From Solirubrobacteraceae bacterium (GTDB lineage Bacteria; Actinomycetota; Thermoleophilia; Solirubrobacterales; Solirubrobacteraceae), in NCBI GenBank assembly GCA_034665145.1, contig JAXDGI010000007.1, positions 20,356 to 84,355 on the forward strand: a stretch of DNA of 64,000 nucleotides, written 5' to 3'. The translations under genes were made by a program, and so were the position numbers. The notes beneath the pieces were generated by a model, which saw only the letters and a program-made list of their open reading frames with translations, did no database searches and was not told the origin of the DNA. Below are positions 12,001 through 24,000 of this stretch, in pieces. Numbering within the stretch: position 1 is the stretch's first letter; the number at the start of each line of letters is the position of its first letter.

Positions 12001-15000
12001 GCTGGGCCCCGGTCGTGCCCGTGCCGAGGAACAGGCCGACGTTGGTGGCGGCGATCTTGACCACCTTGCGGTCATCAGAGGTGTTCAGCCGCCCATCCGG
12101 GCCGGCGTCGGTGACCGACTGGAAGGAGAACTGCCCGGTGAGCGACTGGCCGAACAGTGTGGCCGTGAACGGCTGGGTGGTGGTGCCCAGCTGGGCCAGC
12201 AGCGAGCCGGGCGCGAAGGCAACGTCGATGGGAATGCCGGTGCCGAAGCTGATCTCGCTGGGCAGACCGTTGAAGGCGACCGTAGCGGCGACGTGGCCGG
12301 TCACGCCGCTGGGGGAGACCGTGAGGTCGCCGGTCCCCTGGGTGATGGCCAGGCCGGCGCTCGCCGAACCAAGCGTGATGGCCAGGTGGGCGAAGGTCAG
12401 GTGGACGGTGCGCGAGGCGTCGCGGCTGAAGGTCACGTCACCGGTCACCGATTGGCCGAGGACGCTCAAGGTCACGCCGGTGCCGCTCACCTTGACGTAG
12501 CTGTTCGTGCCCAGGGTGGTGTCGATGGCCACGCTCAGGCCGGCGGTCAGGTTGACCCCCGGCACGGTGACGGCGATCTGGCCGCTGAGTGAACCGGCCA
12601 GGCCCTTGCCCGTACCGGCGGCGCCGCCGGCGCCGGTGATCGTGAAGCTGCCCTGGCCCTGCGTGAGGGTGACGAAGTTGGTGGCGCCGTTGCCCAGCGC
12701 GAAAGTGACGTTGGCCGCGGTGAGGGTGTCGGCCGTCGCCGTATGGGCGAAGGCGAAATCACCGGTCAGGGTCTGCCCGAGAACGCTGAGCGTCACCCCG
12801 GTTCCCGACAGCTCGGTGTAGGGACCGGTCGGTAGGTCAAGCGACACCGACTGGCCACCGGCCGACAGTGACTCCTTGACCGGGGCGCCGGTCTGGTTGA
12901 CCGCGAAGGCGAAGGTTCCGTCCAGGGTCACCCCGGGGATCAGGTTGTGAAGATTGACAGTGCCCGACAGCTGGCCGGCGATGCCCGTGGGCAGGATGAC
13001 GAGCAGGCCCTGGCCGCCGGAGAGGACGGTCCCGATGGCGCTGCCAAAGCTGACGCTCACGCCGGTGGCGGCGAGGGCAATCTGGGTCTGGCCGGTCGAG
13101 CTGGTGATCTGCTGGATCGCGAAGGAGCCGCTGAGGGTGACCGCGTTGGCAATCGTCAGTGAGATAGCGGAGCCCGAGATCCCGAAGTACGGCCCGCCGG
13201 GGACGGTGCTGCCGTCACCGAGCAGCTGTGGCGCCGAGGTCGTGTTGATGGCGAGCGTCAGGGTGCCGGTCAGCGCGACCGGTCCGAGGTTCAGGCCCGA
13301 GGAGCTCGTGCTCACCGCAAGGTGGCCGGCGATCCCGCCGTTGGTGACGAGCAGCGAGCCCGAACTGATGGTGATGGGCGAGAGGCCGGTCAGCGTCACC
13401 TCGGCGTTGGTGACGGTGATCGACACGACCGAGCTGCCGTTGGCCTGGCTCTGGGAGAAGGCGAAGCTGCCGGTGAGCGTCTGGTCGAGGAAGGTGAGGC
13501 TGAGCGGGCTGCCGGTGACGGCCAGGTACCGGCCGGGTTCGTTGAGCGTCACGCTCTGGCCGCCCACGGTCATGGTCGTGTTGACGGCCTGGTCGGACGT
13601 GTTGAGCTCGAGACCGAGCGTTCCGGTCAGGGTGAGGTTCGGGATCGAGACGGTGACGCTGGCGGTCAGGGCGCCGACGAGCCCGGCAGAACCGCTGCCG
13701 AGGGCGCCGTAGGCGAGAGTCCCGGCCCCGCCGCTCAGAGTGAGCACCGGCGTGCTGGCGTTGCCGAGCACCATCGCGAGGTTTGAGACCGTCACCGCGA
13801 CGATGTCGGCGCCGCCGTGGATTCCGCGCTGGAAGGTGAAGTTCCCGTTCAGCGTCTGACCGCCGATGGCCAGCGCCACCCCGGTGCCCTGGACGAGGAG
13901 GTACGGGCCGGCGGGAACGTTGATGCTGACGCTCGACCCGCCGACCGTGAATTGCTGGTTGACCGCGGTCGCGGTGCTGTTGACGGCGAGCGTGAAGGTT
14001 CCGCTCACCATCGTCCCGAGCCCGGTCGGATCGACGGTCGCGGTGAGCGTGCCGGCGATCCCGCCGGCGCTGATGAGCAGCGCGCCGCTGGCCTGCGAGA
14101 CGCTCAGCTGGCTGCCCGAGGGCCCGATCGTCATGTGGCCGTTGGCCAGGACCACCTCGACCAGCTTCTGCGGGGTCGCCCCGGGTGCCGCCTGCGGACT
14201 GAGCGGGATCGTCACCTGTGAGAAGGAGAAGTCGCCCTGCAGGGACTGACTCCCGATCGTCAGCGTGGCCCCGGTGGCCGTGACCCGGAACAGGCCGGCG
14301 GCGAGCGAATCGGTGCCGACGGTCTGGGCGGCCGTCGTCGTGTTGATGGCCAGGGTGGCGGCGATCCCCGAGCTGAACAGGCCGGTTGCCGCGGCGGTGA
14401 CCTGGGTGCTGAGCTCGCCGTAGACGCCGGCCGCGCCGAAGGCGAGCTGGCCCGAGGTGATCGCCACCGAGACCCCGGAGCTGCCGCTGCCCAGCGCCAG
14501 GATCAGGGCGCTGCCCGAGGGGACGCTCGTGCCGAGCAGGATCTCGAGGTGGGCGGGAACGGAGCCGGCGGCGTCGACGTAATGGAAGCCGATCGCCCCG
14601 GTCAGAGACACGTCGCCGAAGGCGAGGGTCAGATTAGTCCCGTCGATGATCGACGTCGTGTCGGCGATCCCGAACTGCGGGGTGCCCGTGTTGTTGAACG
14701 ACACTGTCGCGGTGCCCGAGAGCTGGAGGCCCGGCACGCCGACAACCTGAACCGTGCCTGTGGCCGAAAGCGCGTACTTCCCGCTGGATGGATTGGTGAA
14801 CTGGTAGGGCTGGGTGAGCGTGAGGTAGACGCCGTGCGCGGTCGGGTTGATCGTGGCGCCGCTGATGAAGGCCGGGCCCTGGCCGAGGAAGACGATCATC
14901 GTGCCCGACACGCTGTGCGTCCCGGAGCTCGCGTCGAAGTTGCCCTCGATCTCGACGACGTTGCCGATGTTGATGATCCCCGAGCCGGCGACGTCCATGA

Positions 15001-18000
15001 ACGGGGACCCGCTGGAGTTGATCGCCTCCGAGGAGGAGAAGGTGATCGGCAGCGTCACCCCGGCGACGGTCACCGTCTCGTCGACGGAACCGTGGGTGTC
15101 GTTGACGCGGACCGAGACATTGGCGCTGGCGTTGAAGCCGCCGGTGCTCGTGGTCGCGTTGACCGTCCCCGAGAAGACCCCGGCGAAGCCGCCGTTGATG
15201 AGAACGAGCGCGCCCTGGGCGGTGAGGCTGACCGGGTCAGCCGCCTTGCCGGTGTCGGCGGAGGAGTTGCCGGTCACCGAGGCGGTGACGTTGGTGAAGC
15301 CGATCCGCGTCAGCGGGACCGGTGTCCCCTGATACAGCAACGCTCCCGAGCTCGCGTTCTGCGCGACGAACAGGTCAGGCTGGCTTGAGCCGGTCAGACT
15401 CGTGAGCAGGACCGCCGTCGGGGTGACCGTGCCGGTGCCCGTGACCACACCGGCCTTGAACTGGCCGGCGGAGGTCGCGGCGGCGCCCCGGTTGAGGTAG
15501 AGCAGCGGACTTCCGGCCGCCGTGCCGAGCACGAGGTCGGGCAGTCCGTCGCCGTTGACGTCCCCGGTGGCCAGGGCGACCGCGGTCGAGGCCGCCCCGG
15601 AGGCGGTGCTCAGAGTCTGGGCGGAGGCAAAGTTTTGCCACGTCGTGCCCGTGCCGTAGCCGCGGTTGAGGTAGACGTAGCTGGCGCCCGTGCTGCTGGT
15701 CACGACGAGATCGGGCAGGCCGTCCCCGTTGACGTCCACGGCGGCCAGGCCGGTCACGGTCGGGGTCTCGGAGCCAACGGCCGCGGCCCCGCCCAGGCCC
15801 GGCCACAGAGTCGAGACGACGGCGGACCCGGGGGGCACGTCGTTGGCGAAGCTGCCCAGGCCCGTGAAGGTGTTGCCGCTGATGTTGGCGTAGCTGATGG
15901 TCTGTCCCCCGACGAGCAGGCTCCCCGAGTTCGGGAAACCGGTGGTCGAGGCCACGGTCATCGTCGTCGAGGTGTGGCCGAGCGTCGCCGACAGCGAGGT
16001 CTGAGGACTGGCCTGGTTGAGATAGAGCTTTGTCGTGACCCCGGTGCCGCCGATGATCACGTCGGTGAGGTGATCACCGTTGACGTCGGCCAGCGCGACT
16101 GCTGTCCCGCCGTTGCCAAGCCCGACGCTGGAGAGCGTGAACGCCCCAGCGCCGTTGCCCAGGTAGAGGTGGTTGGCGATGCCGGCAACCACCAGGTCAG
16201 AGTTGCCGTCGCCGTTGAGATCACCGACGGCCACGGCGGCGGCGCCCGGGGTCGATGTGCTGCTCGCCGCCGTCGTGGCAAAGCCCTGCCACTGCGACGG
16301 CGTGACCGTGGCGCCGAGCAGCTCGGTGATTGAGCCGGTGGGGAAGGTCAGGCCGGTGAAGCTCTTGCCGTCACTGCCCAGACCGGAGTAGCCGACGAGG
16401 TCGCCGCCGACCCCGCCAACGAGCAGGTGGCCCTGCTGGTCAAAGCCGGCGGTCGAGGTCACCGTCATCGTCAGGGCGCTGGTCAGCAGGGCGCCGGTGA
16501 GCGCGGTCGACGGGCGCCCCTGATTGAGGTAGACGCTCGTCGTTCCCGCGGTGCCGCCGGTGGCGACGATGAGATCGAGCAGGCCGTCGTGGTTGATGTC
16601 GGCCAGGGCAACGGAGGTGATGGGGGCGGTGGCCGTACCGCTGATCGTGGGCAGCAGGTCCGAACTGGCCGGGGCGAAGCCCAGCCAGCGGCCCGACGCA
16701 TCCTTGCCCTTGTTGAGCCACAGCTGGGCTGGCCCCCCGGTGACGGCGAGGAAGACGTCGGGGAACCCATCGCCGTTGACGTCGCCCGAGGCGATCGCGG
16801 TGACGCCGGCCGCGGTCGGAACCAGCGCCGTGCCGTAGGCGGTCGAGGCGAAGCCCGGCTGGCTGGACTGATCAAAGGCGAAGCTCCCGGTCATCGTGAC
16901 GGCGCCGGCGACGGTCAGGGAGGCGCCCGTGGCGGTCACCGAGACATCCGGGCCGGCGGGGACGTCAATCGTCACGCCCCCGACCGTCTGGTTCACGGCG
17001 TGGGTGCCGGTGTTGATCTTGAGATCGAGCCCGGTGGCGCTGAAGCTCGCCCCCGGCACGTTGAACGTCGTGCTCGGGATGCTGCTCGCCGTGAACTCGG
17101 CGGCGACGCCGTTGCCATCGATGATCAGCGCGCCCGCCACGTTGTCGGCGGCGGTGATGTTCACGTAGGTGGTGGTGCTGGTACCGAGCCTGAGGGCGAG
17201 ACCGGTGATCGCCGCCTTGACCACCGTGTGGCCGTCACCGGCTGTCGTCCTCGTCAACGTGACACCCGTGGCCGAGATCGACTGGCCGGCAATGGTGAGC
17301 GTGGTCGGGTTGCCTCCGGTCAGGTCAAAGGTGTTGGCGGCGAGCGAGCCCTGCGTCACCTTCGTCGTGTTGAAGTCGATCGTCAGCGGACTCGTGAAGC
17401 TGAGCCCGGGCACCGTGCTGGCCACATCCCCCGTGAACGAGCCGTAGATCCCGCCGTCCTTGGCACCGGGTGTCGTATTGCTGATCAGGCTCAGCGAGCC
17501 GCCCCCGTTGGTGACCGAAAGGAAGTTTGTGGTTCCATCGCCCACGTTGAGGGCGACGTGGTCGAAGGTGAGCGTGAGCACGCCCGTCCCGGCGGTGAAG
17601 GTGAAGTTGCCGCTCAGGGTCTGGCCGCCGGCGGTGATCGTGACCCCGGTGCCGCTGACCTGGAGATAGTGACCGGAAGCCAGTGACAGCGCGAACGGCG
17701 TCGGTGAGCCGGGCTGCGGAACGAGGGCCGAGATCGCCTGATTGGTCGAGTTGACGACGAGGCCGAAGGTCCCTCCGAGCGAGACCCCGGGGATGTTCTG
17801 CAGCGAGACGGCGGCGGTGAGCCGGCCCGCGATCCCGACCACTGCGGGCTTGGTCGGGGTCGCCGTCTTGGCCGGCGTGTTGATGAGCAGCAGCTCGCCG
17901 CTGATGCCGGTCAGGGTGAGGAAGTTGACCTTGCCGTCGCCCAGACCGAGGGTGCCGTTGGCGATGGCGATGGCCACGGCCTTGGGATCGTCGGCGTTGC

Positions 18001-21000
18001 CCGGGATCCCGTCCTCGCCGGGGCCGGTAGCGACCTGACTGAGCGTGAAGTCACCGCTGATCGTCTGGCCGAGCGCGCGCAGGGTGGCGCCGATCGCCTC
18101 GAGGCTGAGGTAGGGGCCGGCGGGCAGATCGAGGGAGAGAGCCTGGCCCCCGACGGTGAGGCTCGTGGCCACAGCCGTCGAGCCGGTGTTGATGGCCAGC
18201 GTATAGGTGCCGGTGAGCGACACGCCGAGCGAGGGGTCGAGCGAGAGCGAGGCGCTGAGCGTGCCGGCGATCGCGCCGGCGCTGAGCTGCATCAGGCCCG
18301 ACACGCCGGAGGCCGAGACCGCTCCGCCGATGAGGCTGAGGGCACCGTTGCTGATTCCGATGGTGAGCACCGAGGCGCCCGCACTGTCCTTCGTGGCAAC
18401 GAGTGCGAGGTTGCCGGTCAGCTGCTGGCCGAGGATGGTGAGGGCCGCTCCGGTGGCGTCGAGGCGCAGATAGGGCCCGGCGGGTAGCCCCTGAGCAGCC
18501 GCGCCGGTCGTGTTGACGTCCAGCGAGAACGTGCCCGAGAGCGCGACGCCGGGCACCGGCGCGAGGACGACGGACATCCCGATCGAACCGGCGATGCCGG
18601 CGCTGGAGATGACGAAGGTTGAGGTGGTGGCCGACTGGGTCGCGGTCAGAATCGGTGTCCCGGTGCTGCCGCCGAAGGCGCCGCTGAGGTTCGCGGTCTG
18701 GATCTGCAGCTGCGGGGCGCCGCCCACGATCTGGCGGCTGACGGTGATGTCGCCCGTCAGGGTCTGCCCGAGGATCGTCAACGACACGCCGGTTCCCGCG
18801 ACCTGCACGAACGGACCGGGAAGCAGGGCCAGGTCAACCTGCGTGCCGCCGACCGTGAAGCTGTCGATCAACGCCGCCCCGGTGTTGACCTGCAGGCCCA
18901 GGGTGCCGGTCACGGTGACACCGGGGACGGTGAGGGCCACCGCGGCGGCGAGCGTGCCGGCCACCTGCCCGGCGTCGACGAACAGTGCACCGGTGACGCC
19001 GGTGATGGAGAGTGGGCTCGAGCTGCCGCCGAGCACGAGGGAGCCATTGGCGACCCCGAGCTCCAGGATCGTGCCGGCGTTGTGCGAGGTGACCTTCTGC
19101 ACAGCGAAGTCGCCGGTCAGGGTCTGTCCGCCAACGGCGAGCGTGGCGCCCGTCGCCTCCAGGCGTAGGTAGGGACCGCTCGGGACGTCAAGGGCGACCG
19201 TTGTCGTCCCCACGGTAAAGCTCTGGCTGACTGCGCTCGTCGTCGTGTTGACCTGCAGGACGAAGGTTCCGGAGAGCGCAGCGGCGGTCGGCAGGGTGAG
19301 GCCGACGTTGCCGCTCAGCGAGCCGGCCACGCCGCCCCCGGTCAGGAGCAGAACACCCTGGCCGCCGGTCAGCGAGGCGGTCGCGCCCGAGCCACCGAAG
19401 CTCAGCGCCACGTTGGCGGCGACGATCGTCGTCGCGGTGGACCCGTCGGGCAGCGTCGCGTTCTGGATTGAGAAGTCCCCAGTCAGCGTCTGGCCCAGGA
19501 TGGTGAGGGTCGTCTGGCTGCCGGTCACCCGCACGAAGGGGCCGGCGGGGAGATCGAGCACGACGGTCTGACCGCCGAGGGTGACCGAGCTCGAGACCGG
19601 CGCGACACCTGTGTTGATGGCCAGCGCGTACGTCCCGCCGAGCGTCACGCCGGGGACCGAGACCCCGAGCGTGCCGCTGATCGTGCCGGCCAGACTGCCC
19701 GCACCCATCTGCAGGGTCCCGGCGGCGCCGGTGATGGCCACCGCCCCCGAGCCGAGCGACAGGCTGACGCCGGTGGCGGTGATGGCCAGCCCGGCGCTGT
19801 CGGTGCTGAAGGCGAAGTTGCCGTTCAGGGTCTGGCCGAGGAGACCGAGCTGGCCGCCCACGAGCTGGACCGAACCGGGGTTGGGACCGGCGAAGGTCAC
19901 AGCGACTCCGGGGCCGCTGGAGCTCGGGATGGTCAGCGTCTCGTTCAGCACCTTGCCGGTGTTGTTGAAGGCGACGGTCACCGTGCCGGTCAGGGTCAGC
20001 CCGCTCACACCGAGCACGGTCGCCGTGCCCGCGGCGACAAACGCGTAGGTCGACCCGATCTGGATGAGCCCGACCTGGGCGCCGCTGATGAGGATGCCGG
20101 TGGCCAGCGGGTTGGGCGCACCGCTGGCCAGTGTTCCCGGACCCTGGCCCAGGAACACGCTGAGGCCGTTGCCGGCGAAGGCCTGGGCCGCGGCGCCGTC
20201 GGCGAGCGTGTAGCTGCCCGCAGAGACGTTGCCCTGAATCGTGACGAAGTTGCCGACGTTGAAGGTGAGGCCGTCGATCGAGAGCCTGAAGTACGGCGTC
20301 TCAGACTGGCCGAACTGAACCTCGATCGGCTGGCCGCCGACGGTCACCGTGGTGTCGATGGTCCCGCCGGTTGTCGGGTCGTGGATCGTGTTGACCCGGA
20401 GGACCGCGTGGCCGCCGACGGTCACCGAGCTCGAGCCGCCGGTGACCGTCGCCTGGAGGACCCCGGCCGCGCCTGTGGCGGTGAGGACCAGCGCGCCCGA
20501 TCCGTTACTCAGCGTCGCGCCGCCGGCCGAGGCCGAGACGTTGGCCGCCGCGATCACCGTCTGGGCGCTGCTCCCAGTGCCCTGGCGCGAGAAGGTGAAG
20601 TCGCCGTGCAGGGTTCCGCCGGCCAGGCCGAGGTCCACCCCGCTGGCGGTGACGCTGACGTAGGGGCCGGCCGGCAGGGTGAGGGTCGTGGTGCTCGAGC
20701 CGATCGTGAACGGCTCGGTCACGGCCGTCGGGATCGTGCTGATCGCCATCGAGTAGGTGCCGACGCCGAGGGTGACACCGGACGGGAGCGAGAAGGTGAC
20801 GCCCGAGATCGACATCGCACCGGCGATCCCGGCGCGGGTGATGAGGAGCTGGCCCGTCCCGTCGGCGACGGTGACGGCGCCACCGCCGAGGCTGAGCAGC
20901 ACGCCCTCGCTGCTGCTGTTGCTGAAGGCGACCTTCAGCGCCGGGGCGCCCGTGGCGTCGGTGCCGCGCTGCAGGACGAAGTCGCCGCTCAGGATCTGGC

Positions 21001-24000
21001 CGGCCACCGTCAAGGTGGTCCCGGTGCCCTCGATGGCCAACAGCGCGGACGCCGGATGGGTGTCGATCGCGACGGTCAGGCCGGTGCCGAAGGCGATCCC
21101 CGGGAGGCTGGTGGCAACCGTGGCGGTCAGGTTCCCGGCCACCCCGGCCGAGTCGACCGTGAGGGTGCCGGCCGCGCCGCTGACCGTGACCAGACCGCCG
21201 CCGAGCGACAGGGCACCGTTGGCCAGTGTCACCATGGTGGCGCTGCTCGTCGTGCTCAGGGTGACGTCCCCGGTGATGACCTGATCAAGGGCGGTGAGGG
21301 TGACGCCCGTGCCCGCGACGCTGATGTAGCGGCCGGTGGGCAGGGCCAGCGTGATCGGGGTCCCGCCCAGCGCGAAGACATCGTTGACCGGACCATTGGT
21401 CTGGTTGAATTGGACGGTGAGTGCGCCGGTCAGGGTGAAGCCGGGCACATGGAGAGTCAGGGCCCCGCTGGCCGTCCCGGCGAGCCCGGCCGAGCTGACG
21501 AGCACGGCCCCGCTGCCGTGACTGAGGGTGGCGATGCCGCCGCCGATGGTCACGTTGAGGTTGGTGACCGCGGCGATGACGATCGGCGCGCTGCCGGCGT
21601 CGGTCGTGCGCTGGAAGCCGAAGTCGCCGGTCAGCGTCTGGGTGCCGACGGTCAGCGTGGCCCCGATCAGCTCAGCGCGCAGGTAGGGGCCGGCGGGGAG
21701 GTCACCGACCGCGGCCGGGGTCGTGTTGATCGCCACCGAGATCGTGTTGGCGGTGAGGCCGGTGAGCGGGCTGGAGACGAGGTGGGCGCTGAGCGAGCCC
21801 GCCACCCCGGCGCTGGTGACGGTCAGCGAGCCAGCGATCGTGTCCAGCGAGAGGAAGGTCGTCGTCCCGTCACCGACGGTCAGCGTGGCGCCGGCGACGG
21901 TGAGGACGGTGGTGGTGACTCCGGCCGTGGTCGACCGCTGGAGGGTGAGGGTGCCGGTGAGGCTCTGGGCGCCGATGGTGATCGTCGCGCCGCCGGCGGT
22001 GAGCGAAAAGAAGTTGCCGGCCGGGACGGTGGTGGGCTGGCCGCCGATCGTGAAGCCCGGGGTGGCCTGACCGGTCGTGTTGAGCAGAAGGGTGAAGGTG
22101 CCGCTCACCGAAGCACCAGGGATGGTGACCGCGACGGTCCCGCTCAGTCCGCCCGCTACGCCCGCGGCCGAGATCTGCAGCTGGCCCGATCCGTTGGTCA
22201 GCGTGGCCAGCGGGGGTCCTCGCGAGCTGACGTTGCCGTTGCCGTCCGAGAGCGAGACGGAGGCGTTGGCGATCGTGACTGAGATCGTGCCGGCGGTATC
22301 AGTGAGGGCGAGGTCACCCGTCACCGTCTGACCGAAGACGTTGAGGTTGAGGCCGAGGCCGCCCACCGAGACCGACGGCGCGGTGGCCGTGGCCACGTCC
22401 TGGCTTCCCTGGAAGACAAGCGGCAGCGAGGTGCCCGAGCCGGGCAGGGCGACCGTCTCGTTGAAGGTGTTCTGGAAGGCGTTGATGCGCACGCGGCCGG
22501 TCCCCGAGGCGCTGACGCCGTTGGTCCCCACCAGGGCGACGGTGCCCGAGGCATCCAGCGCGTACTTCCCGCTGTTGTCGGTGAACAGGACGACATTGGC
22601 GTTGGTGATGAGTAGGCCCACGGCCAATGGGTTGGTGTCGCCGTTGGCGAGCAGACCGGGGCCGTTGCCGAAGAAGACGGTGAGCCCGCTGCCGGCAAAC
22701 GTGCTCCCGTGCAGACCGTTGGAGGCGACGACGCCGTCGGTGAGGCTGACGCTGCCCGACAGCCAGATCGAATTGCCGATCTGGATGGTCAGGTCCGAGA
22801 TGGAGACGCTGAACAGGTTCCCCTGACCAGACCCGTAGTCGACCGTGAGCTGCTTGCCCCCGAGGCTGACCGTGGCGTTGATGGCCGCGCCGGTGGTGTT
22901 GATCTGGAGGATCACGTTGCCGCCGGCGGTGAAGCCGGAGCCACCCACCGCCGCCGTCCCCGACACGTAGCCGGCAATGCCGGGATGGGCGCTGTCGGTG
23001 GAGACCACGATCAGTCCCTCGCCATCGGAGACGGTCGGCGAGGAGGCGCTGCCCAGCCAGACCGATACGCCGCTCATCCCGACGATCGTGGTCGTTGCGC
23101 TGGCCACCGACTGCTGCTGGAAGAGAAAGCTGCCGGCCAGCGAGCCGACGGTGTTGCTCGTCCCGGGGGTGATGACCGCGGTCTTGGGCACGGTCACCGC
23201 GGCCTGGATATAGGGCCCGGCTGCAATCGCGGTCGTGTCACCGCTCACCGTCACCGGAGCGCCGGTCGTGTTGACCTGGATCTTGGCCGTCAGACTTCCG
23301 CTGGGCGCGAACCCGGGGAGGGCCACCGTCGCGCTGGCGCCGATGTCAGCGGCGACACCCGCCGAGCTCAGTTGCAGGGACCCGCTGGCGTTGGTGATCT
23401 GCAGGTAGCTACCGAAGCTCAGCGCGACCGCCGAGCCGGTGATGGTCACGCCGCCACCGCCGGCGGCCAGCGTGAACGTGCCGCTCAGGCTGGCCGAGCC
23501 GACGGTCAGCACCGGAGTGGGCGCGGTCCCCGAGACGGCCATGGTGAAGTGACCGCCGGTTCCCGAGCTGGGCAGCGAGACGTCGCCGGTCACGGCGCCA
23601 CTGGCCGTGATGCCCGGGACCGCCAGCGTCAGTGCCGACGCGCTGAAGCTGCCGTGGAATCCACTGGTGGTATCGGCGGCGAGGGTGGCTGAGCCGCCGG
23701 TGATGGAGGCCAGGCCGCCGCCGAGCGCAGCGGCGACATTGGTCAGGGTGAGGGAGACGCCATTGCTCGACGGTGTGACGATCACGTCGCCGCTCAGCTG
23801 CTGTCCGAGCAGGGCGACGGTGATGTCCTGGCCGCTGAAGTGCGAGAACGGAGTCGTACTGCTGGCCGCCCCCGGGACGTTGACCGTATAGGCGCCGGCG
23901 CCGACCTGGATCTGGCGGGCGACCGGGGTGGTCTGGGTGTTGCGCTGGACGCCGACCAGGCCGGTGAGCGTGACGCCTGGCAAGCCGGTGAGCGCCCCGA

